Source: Promethearchaeia archaeon
Lineage (GTDB): Archaea > Asgardarchaeota > Lokiarchaeia > Sigyniarchaeales > SOKP01
NCBI GenBank assembly: GCA_029856155.1
Contig: JAHQWL010000022.1
Span: 1 to 55,296 of the forward strand
Direction: 5' to 3'
Length of the DNA: 55,296 bases
Below are positions 30,249-39,782 of this stretch, piece by piece. The translations under genes and the position numbers were made by a program. The notes beneath the pieces are model-generated. The model saw only the letters and a list, made by a program, of their open reading frames with translations. It was not told the DNA's origin and made no database searches. The stretch's first letter is position 1, and every line of letters starts with the position of its first letter.

Positions 30249-30668
30249 ATGAAACTAGTTGTTGATGCTAATATTCTTTTTGCTGCTTTAATAAAAGAGG
30301 GATCAACTGCAGAGCTCTTGATTAGCGATAAATTACAACTTTTTGCTCCTGAATTCTTATTCACAGAATTTGCTAAATATGAAGAACCCATTCTCAAGAA
30401 GACTCATCGTTCTCGTGAAGAATTCACCCAATTTTTTGATTTATTAAAGGAACAGATCACAATTATTCCGAAAAAGGAGATAATCCCTTTTATAGATAAA
30501 GCCGAGAAGATTTCTCCCGATCCTAAAGATACAGTGTATTTAGCTCTTGCATTCGCACTTAAATCTAATATTTGGTCAAATGATAAAAAACTGAAACAAG
30601 GTCAAGAAGAAGTTACCGTGTTCTCAACAGAAGAATTAATTGAAAAAACTAATTTTTTAAAAACTTAG
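30249..30668 (+). CDS. VapC-like PIN domain toxin
   Basis: LVVDANILFAAL, DPKDTVYLALA, IWSNDKKL. Confidence 0.9.
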   Translation: MKLVVDANILFAALIKEGSTAELLISDKLQLFAPEFLFTEFAKYEEPILKKTHRSREEFTQFFDLLKEQITIIPKKEIIPFIDKAEKISPDPKDTVYLALAFALKSNIWSNDKKLKQGQEEVTVFSTEELIEKTNFLKT

Positions 30669-30697
30669 AAGTATACCTAATTTCCTACTTTTTTAGG

Positions 30698-30725
30698 AGG
30701 GGGCACCACGGGGGAGGGAGAAAAT
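30698..30725 (+). repeat. Copy 2 of 28-bp GC-rich direct repeat
   Basis: AGGGGGCACCACGGGGGAGGGAGAAAAT, identical to 31574-31601. Confidence 0.95.
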
Positions 30726-30884
30726 GGAGGGAAAATGAAGTATTGATTTTATAGAATCAACTTTTTTCTTTAAAATTAAGGTACTTATAGCCCTGTTTCC
30801 AACGTATCCATGGACTCTATTCTAATCTTATCATTTTAAATACCTTTTATCTTATATCTGCCTATCTTTTAAAACAGAATATTT

Positions 30885-31169
30885 TTATAATCTTAATAAG
30901 CGACTACCATGGAATACAGTAATTATTTCAACAAAATTATTCATTGTTCTGTAAATTATTCGATAATTTTGGAAAATTATTTCTCTTACAGATGGAATGT
31001 TGACTTCAGGTACAATTCTACCCATATTTGGAAATTCCTTTAATTTCTGAACCGTATTATATAACTTCTTAATAAAAAGGGTAGCATAACTTTTGGAGTC
31101 TCGAGCTATATAATCATGTATTTGATTTAGGTCTTCTAAAGAACGCTCAGTCCATTCTATTCGAACCAT
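30885..31169 (-). CDS. RelE/ParE family toxin
   Basis: IEWTERSLEDLNQIHDYIA, FPNMGRIVPE, YRIIYR, VFHGSR. Confidence 0.9.
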   Translation of the reverse strand: MVRIEWTERSLEDLNQIHDYIARDSKSYATLFIKKLYNTVQKLKEFPNMGRIVPEVNIPSVREIIFQNYRIIYRTMNNFVEIITVFHGSRLLRL

Positions 31170-31342
31170 TTTTCGATAACTTCTTTTGCTTTTTCATTTG
31201 AGACTTTTCTTCCTTCATCAGCATCCTTTAAACCACGGATTATCTTTTCTCTAGCGTATAAATGATACATGATATCCTCTAATGTAATATCATCAGGGAG
31301 CTCTTTTATCATTTGCAAAACATTATCTTTTTCAGTTGCCAT
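31157..31342 (-). CDS. Antitoxin partner of the RelE/ParE toxin
   Basis: 61 aa, LPDDITLEDIMYHLY...GLKDADEGR; overlaps the toxin start. Confidence 0.8.
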   Translation of the reverse strand: MATEKDNVLQMIKELPDDITLEDIMYHLYAREKIIRGLKDADEGRKVSNEKAKEVIEKWFE

Positions 31343-31573
31343 AGTAGGTTCTTTTTATAACTATTAAGGTTCTAAGATATATAGAATCATGGACTCTTAT
31401 TATTTTTTGGTAATTTGATCTAAGATGCCTTAATAATAATTCAAATTAAATTTTCTTTTTTTTAATTCTAACTTATTTAAATATTTGTTTAAATGAATAT
31501 AGAATTATTTAGTAGATTTTCATCTGCAGTTGTAAGGATTGCTTTAATTCCTTTTCGCCAATAGTATTTCAAT

Positions 31574-31601
31574 AGGGGGCACCACGGGGGAGGGAGAAAA
31601 T
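31574..31601 (+). repeat. Copy 3 of 28-bp GC-rich direct repeat
   Basis: AGGGGGCACCACGGGGGAGGGAGAAAAT. Confidence 0.95.
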
Positions 31602-31752
31602 TTTAATAGAGAGTAGGGAAAAAAAAATATTTAGGGAGCCCCTTTAAGTTATAATTATATCTTAAATCTAACTTATTCAGTGTCTACCCTAGTCTTATTT
31701 AAAATAGAGAGTTAAATGACCTCATTTTAAATGGAATTTAAATAACACATTA

Positions 31753-32847
31753 TTACATGGCATTGTCATATTTCTCCTTATTCGCCAAATAATCAGCAAG
31801 CACGGCTTCATAGAAGGCAATACGTCGAGCCCGAAGGTCATAAATCATTTTGGAAAGCTTGTCGAAAAATTGCTCTTTTGGAAGCGAAAGGAACTCATAT
31901 TTTTCGAGTTCTTTAATGTGGTTGGTAATTACATTTTCTAAATCGCCGTGCTGTTCAAAATCGTCGCCAAAATCTCGAATGAGAACCGTTAAGATTCTCT
32001 CAAACGAGCTCTTATTAGGCTCATCTGGTAGAATAAGGCTCATCTCATCCTTAAAGACGGAAAATAATTCAAAAAAAACTCTCAGATCTTCTGGATCCGC
32101 GTGAAGATCACGCGTCCGATAACGAGGAAGTTTTTTGGTGTATCTTTCAATTTCAGGATTATCTAGCTCCAGTAAATCTTTAAGATACCAAGATTGGTTA
32201 TGAATCTCATAATACAAATCAGGCAATTTGCCTTTATTTTTATTTTCAGAATCAATTCCGAGTTCAAATAACATAGAATCAATGATAAACTCATTTGGTT
32301 CTGTTAATGAACTCTTATCCTCACTCTCATAAAATGCTCGTAATTGTTGGTTATATTGGTCTTTTTGTGCCATATATTCCTGTAGGATGCATTCATAAAA
32401 AATAATACGTTGCTGACGCATCTTTTTTATCCATTTGAAGATGCGGTCTACAGTTATTTCGAATTCCTTATAATCAAGGGAAGTAGCACTCGATTCTGGC
32501 AGAAATGGAAATATTCTTTGAGCTTTAAATTTATATTGCTTTAAATCAGTAATGCGCTGTCTGACGACATCTTCAAGGGTCTTCGCTTCTCCTCTCTTAA
32601 CATAACCATAAAAATCACTTCTTAAAACATTCGCAAACGTCTTAAAGGTTACATCCTCTGCATCTGATAAAATCCGACCTAAATAGCTCATTTCCCAAGT
32701 AAGAAAAGTGCAAATTTGAAAGAACCGATTCATACCTCTCATATATCCCCGAAATGAATATCTACCTAACTCAGTTATACCATCTGGTTGATACACGATG
32801 GCAACATGTTCGCATGGATCAATAAAGTAGTAGTTAAATTCTGACAA
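31753..32847 (-). CDS. Hypothetical helical protein with an internal domain duplication
   Basis: 364-aa ORF; two FF...EMS.L...L..DF...LE.V...I..L..Y.F...R..RI.FYE..L..Y segments. Confidence 0.75.
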   Translation of the reverse strand: MSEFNYYFIDPCEHVAIVYQPDGITELGRYSFRGYMRGMNRFFQICTFLTWEMSYLGRILSDAEDVTFKTFANVLRSDFYGYVKRGEAKTLEDVVRQRITDLKQYKFKAQRIFPFLPESSATSLDYKEFEITVDRIFKWIKKMRQQRIIFYECILQEYMAQKDQYNQQLRAFYESEDKSSLTEPNEFIIDSMLFELGIDSENKNKGKLPDLYYEIHNQSWYLKDLLELDNPEIERYTKKLPRYRTRDLHADPEDLRVFFELFSVFKDEMSLILPDEPNKSSFERILTVLIRDFGDDFEQHGDLENVITNHIKELEKYEFLSLPKEQFFDKLSKMIYDLRARRIAFYEAVLADYLANKEKYDNAM

Positions 32848-32930
32848 TTTTTGAGCCTATTTTAATTAACTTGTCTTTTATTATAAAAAATAAAGAAAAA
32901 AAACTATTTAAATATTAAGTGAGAGGGAAT

Positions 32931-33527
32931 TTATCGATCTAAATTGTCAGGCTTTACAAATCCAAGCCGGAGTAAACTTTCCTCAAAATGTCTGATGTCA
33001 TCAGGATCTTCCCACCAATATGGAACAGCCCATTCGCCCCTCATCAATTTCTCCATTATCTCCTTGAAATATCCCGCATATCTATCTGCGTGGGCACGAT
33101 TCGACTTTAACTTGTCTATATTCAGTATTCTCCTGAATATTCTATAGAATTCCTTCAATTCTAAAGGTTTAATTACATAACAATTAGCGTGAAGATTATA
33201 GGCTTTTATTAAATCTTCATTTGTGTCAGATACAGTTAAAATTACTACGGGAATTCGCTTTAATTCTTCATCTCGCTTGATTTCTTCTAATACCTCGAAT
33301 CCATTTCTCTTTGGCAAATTTAAATCTAAAAGAATTAAATTAGGGGTACTGACATTAGAATATTTCCCATTTTTCTTTAGGAAGTCTATTGCTTCAACAC
33401 CATCTCGAACTACATCTAAGCTACTAACTATTCTCCCCTTCTGAAGGACTTCTTTCGTAAGGCGAATATCTGCGGCATTATCTTCTACGAGTAATATTTT
33501 TGCTTTTACTTTTTTATATTCATTCAT
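32931..33527 (-). CDS. Response regulator receiver (Rcp-like) with an atypical C-terminal tail
   Basis: ILLVEDN, LILLDLNLPKRNG, IPVVILT, ANCYVIKP. Confidence 0.85.
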   Translation of the reverse strand: MNEYKKVKAKILLVEDNAADIRLTKEVLQKGRIVSSLDVVRDGVEAIDFLKKNGKYSNVSTPNLILLDLNLPKRNGFEVLEEIKRDEELKRIPVVILTVSDTNEDLIKAYNLHANCYVIKPLELKEFYRIFRRILNIDKLKSNRAHADRYAGYFKEIMEKLMRGEWAVPYWWEDPDDIRHFEESLLRLGFVKPDNLDR

Positions 33528-33539
33528 TATTAACTCTAA

Positions 33540-34607
33540 TTATTCTTTAATTTTTTTTGGAAAAATTGTAAAGAAGAAGGTTGATCCTTTACCTATTTCT
33601 GATTCTACCCATATTTTTCCACCATATCGTTGAACTATCTTCTTACATATAGGTAATCCTATCCCTGTACCGGGATATTCTTCTTTAGTATGTAGTCGGT
33701 AAAAAATATTAAAAAGCTTATCAAAAAAATTTGACTCAATACCTATACCATTATCTTTTACAGAGAATAACCATTCATCATTGATCTTATTTACCCCGAT
33801 ATGAATTCTAGGGGGTTCTTTTCTTCGGAATTTTATAGCATTGCTAAGTAAATTCTGAAATAATTGAGTAAATTGAGTTTTATCCACTTTCAATGTTGGC
33901 ATTCTATCATAAGTTATAACCGCACCACTCTCTTTTATTGATTCTTGCAGATTAAATAAAGCATCCTTTAAAATATTTTCAAGATTTGTCAATTTAGAAG
34001 GTTTAGCATGGGTTGTGATTCTTGAATATGATAATAGGTCTTTTATAAGCGTATTCATTATTTTTGCACCGTCTGTAATGAAATGTATAAATTCTTTACC
34101 ATCTTTGTCCATTTTTTCTTTATATTTATCTTCTAAAAGTTGAGAAAAGCTTACAATTGCTCGTAAAGGTTCTTGTAGGTCATGAGATGCTACGTAAGCA
34201 AATTGTTGTAAATCTTCATTAGAACGCCTTAAATCCTCCGTTATTTCATTAAATTCAATTTCTCTTCTTGAAATATGTTCTGATAAGAATGATACAACTA
34301 TTCCCACTACTATTAAGGAGATTGCTCTAACAAAATTATTAATAGTGTCTAGAGTAAAAAATTGATCATCTAGAATGAGATGAATAATAATCAATATTGC
34401 AGCTAAAAATGTGGGAATGACTAATCCTTTTCTTTTCCACCATAAACACGCTTAAATTGAAGGGAAATAGAAAAAATGTGCAACTAAGATTGAAGTATTA
34501 AGAATTACCTCGAAGTAATAAATTAATAAACATGAAACAATAATTAAAATTAAAATAATCAAAAATCTTATTTTCTGTTCTTTAAACTTCAAATTCATTA
34601 CAATCAT
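33540..34607 (-). pseudogene. Membrane sensor histidine kinase interrupted by an in-frame TAA at 34452-34454
   Basis: FAYVASHDLQEPLR H-box, NLLSNAIKF, DNGIG, GTGIGL; upstream TM region continues in frame through HFFYFPSI*ACLWWKRKG. Confidence 0.75.
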
Positions 34608-34970
34608 TTCCTATCTTTTATTTATATTTGCAAATTTAAGGTTTTTAAAAAGATTCATACAAAATCTTAAATTTTAAGATCCTCGGAAAAATTATTACTT
34701 AATAAGAATATTGTCCAATATAAAATAAATTTTATCGAATAAAAATATCACATTTTTTAGATAAGAATTTGAGCTTTCAGATTAAAATTTATAGAAATAA
34801 TTATAAATTGTAGTATACTCTTAAAAATTTTATAACTTATATTACCCTGCTTGATTTATAAATAAAATAATTATTTATATTAAATTGAATATTATTCAGA
34901 ATAAGGAAAAAAGAATTGAAGAAGATTTTAATTTTAATATTACTTATAAAAAAATATTGGGTGAAGAAAT

Positions 34971-35864
34971 ATAGAGAATAAAAAGCGTGACATACTACTA
35001 ATTGAAGATAATTCTGCTGATGTACGTCTTATTGAAGAATTATTAAAAACTTCTAAAGACTTTAAGTTTAATCTAGAATCACATCCTCGTCTTTCCGATA
35101 GTTTAAATAATCTAAGAACTAAACAATTTGATATTATTTTATTAGATTTAACTTTACCAGATAGCGATAGAGAATCCACCTTAGAAAGAGTTTTGAGTGT
35201 AACTGATAGGATTCCTATAATAGTCTTAACGGGGTTAGATGATAAGGAATTTGCATTGCAATCTCTTCAAAAAGGAGCTCAAGATTATTTAGTAAAAGGT
35301 GAGCTTAATGGACCAAGTCTAATACGATCAGTAATATATGCTATTGAACGACATAGATTTGAAAGTGAAAAGACAAGAGATAAAGCTCTAAAAATGCAAT
35401 TCGATGAAAAAGATAAAGAAATTCTTAATTTTTTACAGGAAAATTATAGAATCTCTTATAAAGATTTAAGTAAAAAAGTAGATCTAGCCGCTAGTACTAT
35501 ACATAATCGAGTGCAAAATATGATAAAACAGGGAATAATAAGAAAATTTGATACACTCGTAGATCCATTTAAAGTTGGATATGAATCTATAGCTATTCTT
35601 GGTCTCTCTGTTGATCCACTGAAATTGGATGATGTCGCAAAAAAGTTGGCCAGTTATGATGAGATTCAATTAGTTGCTTCTTCAACTGGAGATCATAATT
35701 TATTAGTAAAAATTATTGCTATAGATGAGAAAAATCTTTGGAGATTTGTTAATGAAGAAATTAAAACTATGAATGGAATACAATTACCTATGCATGTTTC
35801 AAGTTTTATAGATATTTTTAAAATGACTCATAAGATAAATTTTGATATGGAAAAAAAAAAATAA
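34971..35864 (+). CDS. Receiver domain fused to an Lrp/AsnC transcription regulator; proposed ATA start
   Basis: ILLIEDN...IILLDLTLPD...IIVLTG...DYLVK, then DEKDKEIL...ISYKDLSKKVDLAASTIHNRV and STGDHNL. Confidence 0.85.
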   Translation: MENKKRDILLIEDNSADVRLIEELLKTSKDFKFNLESHPRLSDSLNNLRTKQFDIILLDLTLPDSDRESTLERVLSVTDRIPIIVLTGLDDKEFALQSLQKGAQDYLVKGELNGPSLIRSVIYAIERHRFESEKTRDKALKMQFDEKDKEILNFLQENYRISYKDLSKKVDLAASTIHNRVQNMIKQGIIRKFDTLVDPFKVGYESIAILGLSVDPLKLDDVAKKLASYDEIQLVASSTGDHNLLVKIIAIDEKNLWRFVNEEIKTMNGIQLPMHVSSFIDIFKMTHKINFDMEKKK

Positions 35865-35867
35865 AAC

Positions 35868-36248
35868 CTAAGGAAAAATTCCTCTCAATTCAATTGCTTT
35901 AGCTAATCTCGAAATAGCAATAATATAAGAGGCTATTTGTAAGGTGACATTCTTTTCTTTTGATGATTTATAAACATTCTCGAATGCATTAACAAGAATA
36001 TTCTTTAATTCATGATTAATTCTTTCTAATTTCCAAAAATAACTATGATTATCTTGAATATATTCAAAATACGAGACACAAACACCTCCAGCATTAGCAA
36101 GAATATCAGGAACTACTGTTATCCCTTTTTTCTTCAAGATCTTATCGGCTTCTGGAGTAGTTGGGCCATTAGCTCCTTCTAATACAATTTTACATTTTAC
36201 ATTATTAACATTTGCTATGGTTATCTGGTTTTCCATTGCTGCAGGAAT
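35868..36248 (-). pseudogene. gdhA: C-terminal fragment of glutamate dehydrogenase (Glu/Leu/Phe/Val DH)
   Basis: IPAAMENQIT, EGANGPTT, VPDILANAGGV.VSYFE, RGIFP; in-frame stop just upstream, N-terminal catalytic domain absent. Confidence 0.8.
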
Positions 36249-36355
36249 TGGAAGGTTTGAAATTTAAAAATATTATATAAAAATTTAGAGATTAAAGATA
36301 AAAAAAATTGATTTTGATTTAGTTATTCTTATCCTTAATTCAAATTTTTGGTCTT

Positions 36356-37792
36356 TTAAAAATAATCATCTAATAATATGTTATTTTTTATATATTTGAG
36401 ATTATTTTTTATATAAATTGTTTCTAACTCCTTGAAAGCTCCTAATTTGAATTCTTTTAAGTTCTTCTCAAAAGTTTCTTTTAAATTTTGAAATTCTTCT
36501 TTAAATACATTTACGAGATTATTTGGTTTGTAAAATTCATTTATAGAAGATATCCATTTTCTTTGTTTTAAAAAATTAAGGGCAAGATTAATCTCACTAG
36601 ACTCTTTTTTCATTACGGCACTTAACATAGATAAATCCGCATTTTCTAAAGAAAGAAGTGTGAGATAAGTTTTTGCTTCCAGTTCAGGAATATTAAATAA
36701 TTTCAATGCCGAAATCAATTTTTCATTCATATCATTGACTTTTAATTTCTTTCTTAAACAAGCATTCTTAATTTGTGAAATATCTATATGATTATTAGAA
36801 ATTATATTCTTAGATTTTAAAGTATCTTTAAAAATTTTCATACCAATGTCAGAACGAATGATAACGCTATTCCATGTATTCTCTTCAGAACCAATATTTC
36901 CTACAGATATATCTGAATATTCAGCAGTATAATCTTTACAATATTGACAACTTGACCAACTATATTTTTTAATAGACTTAATGGGAATATTCTTCATACT
37001 TCCATCTTTAGTATAGGCAATGAAATGACCGTGAGATACTTCAAGTTTTTTCACTTCATTTAATTTAATTCCAAGTTCTTTTTGAATTATATCTTTCATT
37101 GAATCATAGCTATAATTTGACGTACAATAAAGTCCAATTATTAAAGAAAATTTGCCATATTTATCTGAAAGTGGAGGAAAAAATTGTAGTTTGCGTACTG
37201 CGTGAATTTGACATGGCATACCTACAAATGCAATTTTTTTTAGTTTGTATTTATTAATAGCATCTCTATAAATTGATAATGTAGGTGCTAATGCATATAC
37301 AGAACCTGTTGCTTCTAATATTTCTTTTGAGGTCCTTGCTATAATTGGTTTTGGCATCCAATTTTCATCTTTACTTGTAAGAAGAGCTCCATCAATTAAT
37401 CCTTCATCAAGAGCATGAATAAGTATTGAAGATACAATTCCACCATTTTGAGATAGCTTTAAAATATTCTCATTAGTACTTTTAGCAAGCATAACTTTTT
37501 GATAATGCCCAATTAAAGGATCTTTAGTAGTATGCTCAGGAAAAATTTCCTTCTCAAAGAATTTTTCTGGAAAATAAGTTTTTGCACAATATTTGTAACA
37601 TAACGAACATTCAGGATCATAATCTAAAAGTAATGGTTCATTTTCATTTATTCCAATGCGGGGGCAAATTGACATACAAGTTCCACATAAAACACAATTC
37701 TTATTGCTAATAACTAAGTCATATAAATCTTGGAATCCATACTCAGAAATATCACAATGAAAATAATCCTTAATTATTTCCCTAGGTATCAT
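36356..37792 (-). CDS. FrhB/FdhB-family F420-interacting Fe-S flavoprotein fused to a C-terminal TrmB-like winged helix
   Basis: CVLCGTC, SQNGGIVS, FVGMPCQ, IGLYC, CQYCKDYTAEYSDISVG; tail LKLFNIPELEAKTYLTLL...LNFLKQRKWI. Confidence 0.82.
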   Translation of the reverse strand: MIPREIIKDYFHCDISEYGFQDLYDLVISNKNCVLCGTCMSICPRIGINENEPLLLDYDPECSLCYKYCAKTYFPEKFFEKEIFPEHTTKDPLIGHYQKVMLAKSTNENILKLSQNGGIVSSILIHALDEGLIDGALLTSKDENWMPKPIIARTSKEILEATGSVYALAPTLSIYRDAINKYKLKKIAFVGMPCQIHAVRKLQFFPPLSDKYGKFSLIIGLYCTSNYSYDSMKDIIQKELGIKLNEVKKLEVSHGHFIAYTKDGSMKNIPIKSIKKYSWSSCQYCKDYTAEYSDISVGNIGSEENTWNSVIIRSDIGMKIFKDTLKSKNIISNNHIDISQIKNACLRKKLKVNDMNEKLISALKLFNIPELEAKTYLTLLSLENADLSMLSAVMKKESSEINLALNFLKQRKWISSINEFYKPNNLVNVFKEEFQNLKETFEKNLKEFKLGAFKELETIYIKNNLKYIKNNILLDDYF

Positions 37793-38102
37793 TTTTAAAT
37801 ATTCACCTTTTAGAATATTTCTATTATTATTAATTTTAATAATGATAGTATCAGGAATACCATATAATATATATTAATTTAGGCATATAAATGATCCATT
37901 TTGATATATTAGTATAGAAATAGTTTCATAATAAATATTAATTAAAAAAAAAACCCAAAGATAATATTTTATAAATAGATTATGATTTTAGAAATACTCA
38001 TTCACTAGATTATTCATGGCATTAATTTACAAAAGGCTCTTTTGAAGAATAAATAGATTTTTTAAAATATTTCTAAGATAAAATTTTAAAAATAAAAAAA
38101 AA

Positions 38103-39782
38103 TTAATGAGAAATTTTTAATTCCCTTCCAAATAGTATATTTTTAGCCTTTTCAAATGCTTCATTATAATCAAAAATTCTTTTTCCCTTAGTAATTGCAG
38201 CTTCTTTTAAAATAGAGGCCTCAACTTCTGATTTAAGCCTACCAACAGCTAATGCTCCTGTACCATTTATAGTCGGATAAATTTCTTTATTATTATCTTT
38301 AGGTTTTAATCCCTCAATTCCATAAGGTGGTACTAAATTTATGTCTATAACAATTTTGTTATTCAATTTGTTCAGGAGTTCTTTTGATAATACTTGAACT
38401 CCCACTGCTGCTAAGGACCATATAATATCGGCACTTTTTACTATTTCTAATTTCTTTTCATCATTAGGTGCAAAAACACCAATAATTTCATTTTCTCCAA
38501 CTTCCTCATTTAATTCTTTAACTAGCTGATTTATAAATTCTCCATTCGATTTTTCCCAAGTTTCTACTAAATACGTTTTACAATTTAATTTTGCCGCAAT
38601 TATGGCTGCAATTCTCCCGACTGGACCTGCTCCTAAAATAACTACTTTTTTGCCTTTTAAGTCATATAAATCATGTTCTCTAGCAAATTCCATTGTCTTC
38701 GCAACTACAGAAGAAGCGGTGGTGTGTGAACCACGAGGATCTATTATCACGGGGCATTCAAATGGGGGTACTAAAGACTCAATAACTTTTTTGGCAATTT
38801 TTTCTCCTTCTTTTACATTTGAACCACCAATAAAGAAAGTTGTAGGTGCTTTTGGTTTACGGGAAAAAATTGCATCTTGTACGAGTTTTGGTACTTGATC
38901 AGCAGTCATCTTGCTAATAGGTATAACTACATCAAAATTTGCATCATAAGCCATATTTATATCGAAAGGAGAGGCATTATCATCAGTATCAAAAAAATAA
39001 CATATTTTTTCTAATGACTCTTTCTTTTTGATTTTAATCGGTGATAATTCGAGTATACTTTTTCCAATTATATTTTTGATTGAATTAGAACCAGGATTAT
39101 TTATTATTTTTGCAGACCTTTTAATTTTAATTTCTTCAGTTTGGATGCCTAATTCTGCTGTTAAATTTCTTATTCCTTCAAAGTGTCTTGAATCACAGAT
39201 AAAGAATGCTGTTAACTTTTTTTCTATCATCTGTTTCGCAAATTGTAGAATTCCCATCATCATCCAAGCTTCTCGAACACTATATCTTATCTCATTTTCT
39301 TGAGAATCGTACTCTTGCTGTAAATATTCCTTCCATAAAACCATTCGATGAAATTCTAAATCATCTTTTAGAATTTTTTTCTCACTATTCTTTTTAGTCT
39401 CTTCAATTGATTTTATTAATTGTTTTACAAGCATTCTCTGGTCCTCTAAATTTGAGGAAAGATAATTTTCTGCGTTTTCTGAAATATCTACCATCTTATA
39501 TGGGACTTTATTTTCTCTAAATTTTGTTTCTAATGGATCTTCGTTGGATATTGTATCTTCCCATCGACTACCTTTCTCTTCGATTGCAAAATCAGGATTA
39601 TATTTACCTATAAGATTTTCAATTAAACTAAGATATTCCCTGGAAATTAGGTGCAAATTCCATACTAAGTCATGCTTTTTCTGGGCTGTGGGTTCAAACC
39701 ACCAATCTATTGGAAACTCACTTTCTATTAAGACCAATTTTAAACTTTTTTTTTTTAAAGGTTTTAATTCTAAAACTTCCAT
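38103..39782 (-). CDS. MtdA/MtdB-type NAD(P)-dependent methylene-H4MPT/H4F dehydrogenase with a ~250-aa N-terminal extra domain
   Basis: FDTD..ASPFDINMAYD, QDAIFSR, FIGG, PPF...DPRGSHTTA, GAGPVG, DINLVPPYGIEG, GALAVG.LK. Confidence 0.82.
   Translation of the reverse strand: MEVLELKPLKKKSLKLVLIESEFPIDWWFEPTAQKKHDLVWNLHLISREYLSLIENLIGKYNPDFAIEEKGSRWEDTISNEDPLETKFRENKVPYKMVDISENAENYLSSNLEDQRMLVKQLIKSIEETKKNSEKKILKDDLEFHRMVLWKEYLQQEYDSQENEIRYSVREAWMMMGILQFAKQMIEKKLTAFFICDSRHFEGIRNLTAELGIQTEEIKIKRSAKIINNPGSNSIKNIIGKSILELSPIKIKKKESLEKICYFFDTDDNASPFDINMAYDANFDVVIPISKMTADQVPKLVQDAIFSRKPKAPTTFFIGGSNVKEGEKIAKKVIESLVPPFECPVIIDPRGSHTTASSVVAKTMEFAREHDLYDLKGKKVVILGAGPVGRIAAIIAAKLNCKTYLVETWEKSNGEFINQLVKELNEEVGENEIIGVFAPNDEKKLEIVKSADIIWSLAAVGVQVLSKELLNKLNNKIVIDINLVPPYGIEGLKPKDNNKEIYPTINGTGALAVGRLKSEVEASILKEAAITKGKRIFDYNEAFEKAKNILFGRELKISH

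Noticed and set aside
29858-31601. CRISPR, integron attC or dif interpretation of the 28-bp repeat
   Set aside because: Spacing of 840-876 bp is far too long for spacers; no RYYYAAC/GTTRRRY ends; no 11-6-11 dyad; no cas or integrase gene in the window
30698-31601. Repeat read as a coding motif (RGHHGGGRK)
   Set aside because: An in-frame stop lies a few codons upstream in copy 3 and no substantial ORF contains the copies
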